Positions 58,030 through 64,000 of a DNA stretch of 64,000 bases are shown piece by piece. The DNA is from Bugula neritina (taxonomy: Eukaryota; Animalia; Bryozoa). The position numbers and the translations under genes are program-made. The stretch spans positions 12,142,642 to 12,206,641 of the forward strand of contig OZ037770.1 in assembly GCA_964035545.1 (NCBI GenBank), in the 5' to 3' direction. A model generated the notes under the pieces. It worked only from the letters and a program-made list of their open reading frames with translations, had not been told where the DNA came from and did not search any database. How positions within the stretch are numbered: the stretch's first letter is position 1; every line of letters begins with the position of its first letter.

Positions 58030-58845
58030 TCTGTAGAAGATTTGTATACCAGAATTTAGGACTACATGATTGTATGAGAATAGAATAATCCCCCTAATAG
58101 ATAGTTACCAATACTAATAGTAATATACATTTGAAAAACTAACGAAACATGTACAGCCTACTGTATTTCATTTTCATATATCTATATTATACTCATTTTA
58201 TTGTGTGGTTTATATTTTAGAATTTATATACTTATCTAATGTAAAATATCTATTACGTAATAGCAATACATTATATTATAATTCTATAGCTTGTAAATGA
58301 ATGGTTAGCGCAATAAAATCAACTATCGCTAGCAGTACTACCTTCTCGTCTTTTCTTCTTTAACTTGGGCTTAGCAGTTCACCACTCTAAAGTTACACAC
58401 ATGCACGCAACAGAATGCATGAGGTTTATTATATCAAAATATTATATTATTATAGTGTTTCGAAAAGAGCAACTTCTGTTTTAGCCGATGGTAATTACAA
58501 CTGTTAATGCAGCAGTAAATGAAGTTGCACATATTTTGAGCTCTTGACTAAAAGTATTATTATATAGACTAAACTGGCTGTTATAGGTAGGTAGAAATTT
58601 TGACTTTACTTTACTAGCCACACTTTGCTATAACATTGGCCGTAACAGAAAAGCTCTGAGCTTGTTGTACGATGTTACAGTACGTCAGGATCAAGCACGA
58701 TTTGTTTAAAAAAAGTTGTGTCGGCTCCTACTGGACAGGGAGACATCTGCGACAACTCATTGGATATAAATCTCCAATGAAGTGTCATAGATCGTACCAA
58801 ATAGCGCACTTGGAGAACTTTAGCCTGGATACGGTAAAAATAGAT

Positions 58846-59490
58846 ATAGATATAATATGCAATATAAATTCTATAGTTTTATTTATGCAAAACAGATATC
58901 AACTAATATATAATATATTATTAGAAAAAACAATTTGTATAACTTAACAAAATTGTATACGCTCAGTGCTATTATATGAACTGATATATTATGCTTATAT
59001 TGTGCAACATGATATTATATAATATAGAAATATAATGTGATATTATTATTCTTATATATAAGAATAATAATATCACATTATATTTCTCGCACTTTCTACC
59101 TTCTAAACTTTTCCATAGTCTTTTGAGAAGTACCGACCTCGCCATATTATAAATATTATAGTAGATGGATGTGGATACAAGTCAATATATACTGTTTCTT
59201 ATGGACACAGTTGAATAAACTAAATGTTTCTACTGTGTTGTTTTCCATTGTTGTTCTTGAAGTGAAATATGAATCGCATTGTTGAAATAATATTGTTGTC
59301 ACAATTATATTTATTTAACATTATTATTATATTAAGTTGTGCACTAACATAATATACTAGTTCTAATAATAGTACTGAGTGTATACAATTTTGTTAAGTT
59401 ATATAAATATTATTATTTTCTAATCTAATAGTAAATAAGTTGATATTTCTTTTGCATAAACAAAACTATAGAATTTATATTGCGTATTAG
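58846..59490. repeat. AT-rich foldback: ~160-bp imperfect inverted arms enclosing a perfect 62-bp palindrome (59026-59087)
   Basis: 58846-59010 is the reverse complement of about 59330-59490. AGAAATATAATGTGATATTATTATTCTTATA|TATAAGAATAATAATATCACATTATATTTCT is a perfect palindrome. Confidence 0.8.
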
Positions 59491-60347
59491 GTTTATACAA
59501 AAACGTGTATATTTATTCACTTTTGAAAATAAAATTCTTTTTGTTTAAATAATATGTTATAGAATATATTATTTTGGAGTTTTTCTGACTTCAAGACACA
59601 TAAAGTATATGGGTGCATAATTTATTTTGACATGGCTTTTGCATTAGCAAGAAAAACCATTACACCATATACTATCAATGAAGAAAATAACAGCTATTCA
59701 AGAGTTTGCAAAAGTATAATTTATTTTTATTTTAGTAATCTCTGTAGAAAAGGGTAAAATAATGTAGATTAAAGGGAAGCAGCTAAAATTTTATGAATGA
59801 GAGGTTTACACTTTAGCTTGACATAATGTTATACATTTTGACAATATACTATATTATTATGGACACATTAAATGAAACTCTAAACAATTACAATTAAACA
59901 AACTACTTGTTTACTGAATTCTAGACAGTTGATTCTACAACAGCTTTTACAAAAGTCAAAGACTTTAACCTTTCATTTTATTACTTATATAAAGAAGTCT
60001 TTCTTCAAAAAATTCCTACATCTCTGCTTTTTCACACCTTTTTCAAATCCAAAATTTTTAGCATAAATTATTTGTCAAAACTATATCAAACAAATAAGCA
60101 AAATATGTATATTTATATAAAATTATATAGTATAAATAATTTATAAAATAGAGTTATCTCCTTCCTTCTAAAAATCTCTCCCACAACTGTTTCAAAATTC
60201 AGTGGTGTAGAGTTGTGTTCTCCACATTCAACTTCCCACAGCTTTTCAATACACTTGAGTTCGCCTTTTAGTTGTGGTTAGTTTTGACTTTTCAAAATAC
60301 TTAATCAAGCGACCTGTCATTGGATAGAGATAGGAGGCAGTGTCCAT

Positions 60348-60526
60348 GTGTTATAAACTACTACAACAGATTTAAGGTTAACTACCATTCATTGCAGTGA
60401 AAGATAACTTGCTCGACATCGTTCTAAATAAGCCCCCTATGTATCTTATTGCAAGTGGCTGTTTCGCATGCTCGTATTTAAACTCATCAATCTGACAGTA
60501 CCAGGTCAGTGAAAATAAAGGTAAGC
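60348..60526 (+). promoter_or_regulatory. Putative promoter + 5'-UTR exon of copy 5
   Basis: Identical to 56120-56298, with donor GT at 60521-60522. Confidence 0.55.
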
Positions 60527-60895
60527 AAATATTCATATTCTCAATAAAAATTAGGAAATTTAGATAGTGATGTTTCTCCATTACCCACCTAACTGTCCTA
60601 AATCAGTAAATGAGCTGTTGTTACTTTATTCAATCGCTAGCCTAAGTTTATCCTGTGTTCCCATAAGATCGGATGGATTTTTGGTTAATTTTTCATTAAC
60701 TTAATGCGGTTTTATTCGATTGACCCCATGCATCAAATGAAAAATCCATTCTCAAAGTATGAGTATGCAGTGTATGACAATCAAATAAGGAAACACTATT
60801 TTCTTAGCCATATTTGACAATGTGACTTTTACTCAACCCTCAACAGTTGGTTGCATTTGATTAAATTATGACGAAAATTTACTTTTAATATAGCT

Positions 60896-62257
60896 ATGGC
60901 TACACGAGAAATAACACTGATGTTCTTCAAGCACTGCATCTACCTGGTAATATACTCTCTGTTTCGTTGCTGCCAGTTGGTCTCCTGGTGGCTGACAGGA
61001 GTTCAGAGTCACTTGAAGAGCTGCCGAAATAGAGAGAGTTTTGAGTCGTCTGCTCAGTTACTTAAAGTTTGGTTTCATTCATCTGGAAGACTCCTTAATT
61101 TCAGTCTACGGCATCACTTCCTGTCTACTCATGTAAACTTTGTTCATCCAACTTATGCTCTACAGAAACACATCACATTAATGACAGTAACTGATACAGA
61201 AGCTATCTTTAGTATTAAAGGTGAATGTGATGATGTTTTAAATGTTAGAAAATGGCCATTTTTAAATGTAGGACATCCAACAACAGCTAAAAATCTTCTC
61301 ATCATGCCCATAAACTCCATGATTAAACTTGGTGAAGAGTTGGGAGACCCAAAAGCTAAAGTGATTTGGATTTACCACACTGCAAGATGTGGATCTACAG
61401 CTATGTCTCAGGTTTTCAATTCTCTGCCAGATGTTGTGTCAATATCTGAACCAAACTGTCTGTTTTCCTTAGACAAGGCGTTTAAAGAAAAATACTTTAA
61501 AGTGAAGAAAGGTGCATGGATTACGTCTGCTAAGTATCAACAGATCTATAGAAATGCTGTCAGGCTGTTGGTAAAGCCATATAAAAGAGATGCTAATGTC
61601 TTTGCTGTGAGGTCCCATGGATATGCAACAAAAGCAGATCTTCATTTGATACCAAAACTCTTTCCACAGTTTATTGGAATATTCATGTATCGAAATGTAA
61701 AAGAACAAGCCATCTCTTTAACTCGTGTGACACAGGGTATATTTCTTCATGGAGAATGTGCTTTAGCTGTCATTAAAAACCCCATTCTTTCACTTCTTTT
61801 TCCAAATCTACGCCCATCAAACCTGTTATCCTGTAGCTGTAGTGAACCAAGACATCTTGAGTGGCTGTTTAAACGAGAGAACATAATAAAAAGCTGTGAC
61901 TTCACCAATGCTGTGATACAATTCTCAGGAGCGTGTTTCCATTACAAAGATGTGGTGGCTGAAGGTTTACCAGTTGTGGCAGCTAAATACGAACATTTCC
62001 AAAAAGACCAAATAAAGTTTTTTGAAATGATATTCAATCATGTAGGATTAGAAATGACATCAGAGAGAAGAAAGTTGATTGACTATGCTCTGAGTGAAGA
62101 CAGTCAGAAGGGCACCCCAGCTGATCAGACAATCATTGCTGATGTTAGGACTGAAATAACACCAGCAATGATAGATGAAGCTAACTACTTTCTAAGATAC
62201 TATGGTTTACCAAACTGGGGTGAAGCTATACTTCTACCTAAAACACTTGAGTACTGA
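60896..62257 (+). CDS. Sulfotransferase-fold protein, copy 5 (453 aa)
   Basis: Near-identical to copy 4 except scattered changes and the C-terminal ~45 aa. Confidence 0.9.
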   Translation: MATREITLMFFKHCIYLVIYSLFRCCQLVSWWLTGVQSHLKSCRNRESFESSAQLLKVWFHSSGRLLNFSLRHHFLSTHVNFVHPTYALQKHITLMTVTDTEAIFSIKGECDDVLNVRKWPFLNVGHPTTAKNLLIMPINSMIKLGEELGDPKAKVIWIYHTARCGSTAMSQVFNSLPDVVSISEPNCLFSLDKAFKEKYFKVKKGAWITSAKYQQIYRNAVRLLVKPYKRDANVFAVRSHGYATKADLHLIPKLFPQFIGIFMYRNVKEQAISLTRVTQGIFLHGECALAVIKNPILSLLFPNLRPSNLLSCSCSEPRHLEWLFKRENIIKSCDFTNAVIQFSGACFHYKDVVAEGLPVVAAKYEHFQKDQIKFFEMIFNHVGLEMTSERRKLIDYALSEDSQKGTPADQTIIADVRTEITPAMIDEANYFLRYYGLPNWGEAILLPKTLEY

Positions 62258-62984
62258 TTTGTGCAGAATTTATTTCAAACTTAAAGATAACGTAGTGTTA
62301 GCGAATACTGCTACTGATTTTTGTTGGGTAGTTACTAAACAAATATAGATTACAGTTGTTCAATTATTTTGGAAAACATGTAACTTTGTTCGACTTTTTT
62401 TCAAGAATTTATTCAATTATTTCATACAACATTTATATCATGTAAAAACAATATAATATAACGCAATAGTTTACATGGAATAGCAACTGCTTATATAACA
62501 TTACCAGCAACCTAGATTATGATTTTTGTCGATGTGGGTTTTGTTATCCGTGTATAGTTTCAATCTTCTTCATAGAAATTTATTCTAATTCAAGTTCATA
62601 TAGTTTTAATTTTAAAGTTGTAACTGAGTGGCAAATAAAACGAAATTGCAGTATTAAAAAATGATTAAAGTCATAATTCAAAAGCTTATCAACAAATTAA
62701 TCACAAAGTTTTAGAAATCATTTGAATAGCTCTAAAATTTTTATCTTTTTGCCTACAAGTTGTGGACTTTCTTCTAACAGCTCATGGCACATCCTTTTGT
62801 TAAAAATTCATTTGGTAGCCTCAGAGCATGAATAAGAATATCCTTCTATAACTGAGTCAGTGTTCTAACCTGATCCCTATTGTCAATATTATATTAAAGG
62901 GAATAGTCCTTATGACCTTATTCATGCTGAGGTTGGAAGGTTCAATCCACACAGCCAGGCACTTCAGTGCAATATAAATCTATG

Positions 62985-63150
62985 ATTGTAGCACTGGCTT
63001 AGTAAACACAGTAAAGGCCATCAGTTAATGTTAGGAAGGGAAGTCTAATATGATTGCTTCGTTGCACACTAGAAAACAAACCCCTCGGCTGCTTTAAAAA
63101 AACCTTCTATTAAGCTTTCCCACAGGGATGACGACTATAAACTCACGTGT
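62985..63150 (+). mobile_element. Degraded tRNA-derived SINE copy
   Basis: gcactggcttagtaaacac...ggccatcagttaatgttaggaaggg...cacagggatgacgactataa. Confidence 0.6.
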
Positions 63151-64000
63151 CCTGCTTGATATGTGCTTAGAATATGCTATTTTCACCTTGTGTTGGCAAT
63201 ACTTGAAGTGTGTTCTCTCTTGATCATCAACTGCCTACCAGCATGCAGTTTACTTCAAATGCAAGTTCTAGCGAAGTATAGGTGAATGTGATCGATGAAA
63301 GAAATAGTGAAAAGTTAGGCAATGCTTTAGTTTTTTTCTTTGTACATTTCTGAGATGAGGGGTTTGTACTTTATTGGTGCGAAACAATGTTGCATTTTCA
63401 GATGATGGTTCTCTTATCCTAATACCAATAAATTATAGAAACTCAATTCAAATTGTAGCCAACCCAAACTATCTATAGATTTAACTCAATGATTAGGGTA
63501 GTTGGTGGTTTACATGTTCATACCAAAGCCTTTGGTACACTAATATCATCCAAATGGAATTTGGATTCACATCAAACCTATTCAATAAATAAAAATATAT
63601 ATTGGAATCACTAGTCACCTTAAAAATTCCAGCATAAATAAATAAAAGCATACAAAAGTGCACGCTGAATAAAAATATTAGCACCAAAGAGATTATCAAT
63701 TTTGTGAGAGACTTGAGATGGGGAAAAAAATTAACATATTATAATTATAATAATAATTTAAGATAAATTCAATGGGGTCAAAGGAGCAGCCATGCCTCAC
63801 AAGAACTTAAAGACACAACACCAAATAGAGAAATAATTGGCAACAACATAAAAAGGTAATCCAATATCTGTGAACCTAAACAGGTGCAAGTATGAGATTC
63901 TGATAAACATAAACCAGGTGACTGAGGATTGCTAACAGAAAACATATCGTACAAAATAAAACCAAATATTAAATTAATAAGCATTAGGTTGACAAAGTTT

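Larger units (their letters stand above)
54848..62257 (+). repeat. ~4.23 kb tandem segmental duplication carrying sulfotransferase copies 4 and 5
   Basis: Units start with atttctcgYactttctaccttctaaactt at about 54848 and 59082. The ATGs are 4228 bp apart. Non-coding DNA is almost identical from about 55530/59757 onward. Confidence 0.92.

Noticed and set aside
63493-63984. Two hydrophobic minus-strand ORFs, possible gene end or NUMT
   Set aside because: No recognisable motif in the standard or mitochondrial code. The hydrophobicity is explained by T-richness.

Overview
AT-rich, intron-containing animal genomic DNA with GT-AG introns, (TA)n microsatellites, tRNA-derived SINEs and MITEs. It looks like an invertebrate genome, but the species cannot be fixed from the sequence. 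I reconstructed the spliced genes by hand because the ORF track misses them. (1) A minus-strand type I membrane protein (signal peptide, SUEL-type lectin domain, linker, CUB-like domain, TM helix, long Pro/Tyr-rich tail) runs from about 20428 off the left edge. (2) A head-to-head inverted paralog of its ectodomain exons (23537-25076, +) has intact splice sites, a TGG>TAG stop and no TM exon. (3) A 9-coding-exon MFSD9-like MFS transporter lies at 31279-25994 (-). (4) The main feature is a cluster of five intact 453-aa sulfotransferase-fold genes with intronless CDSs, plus one pseudogene fragment (35962-62257). The cluster shows inverted and tandem duplication, patchwork homogenisation, one paralog with a divergent active site, and apparent 5'-UTR exon turnover associated with transposon insertion.
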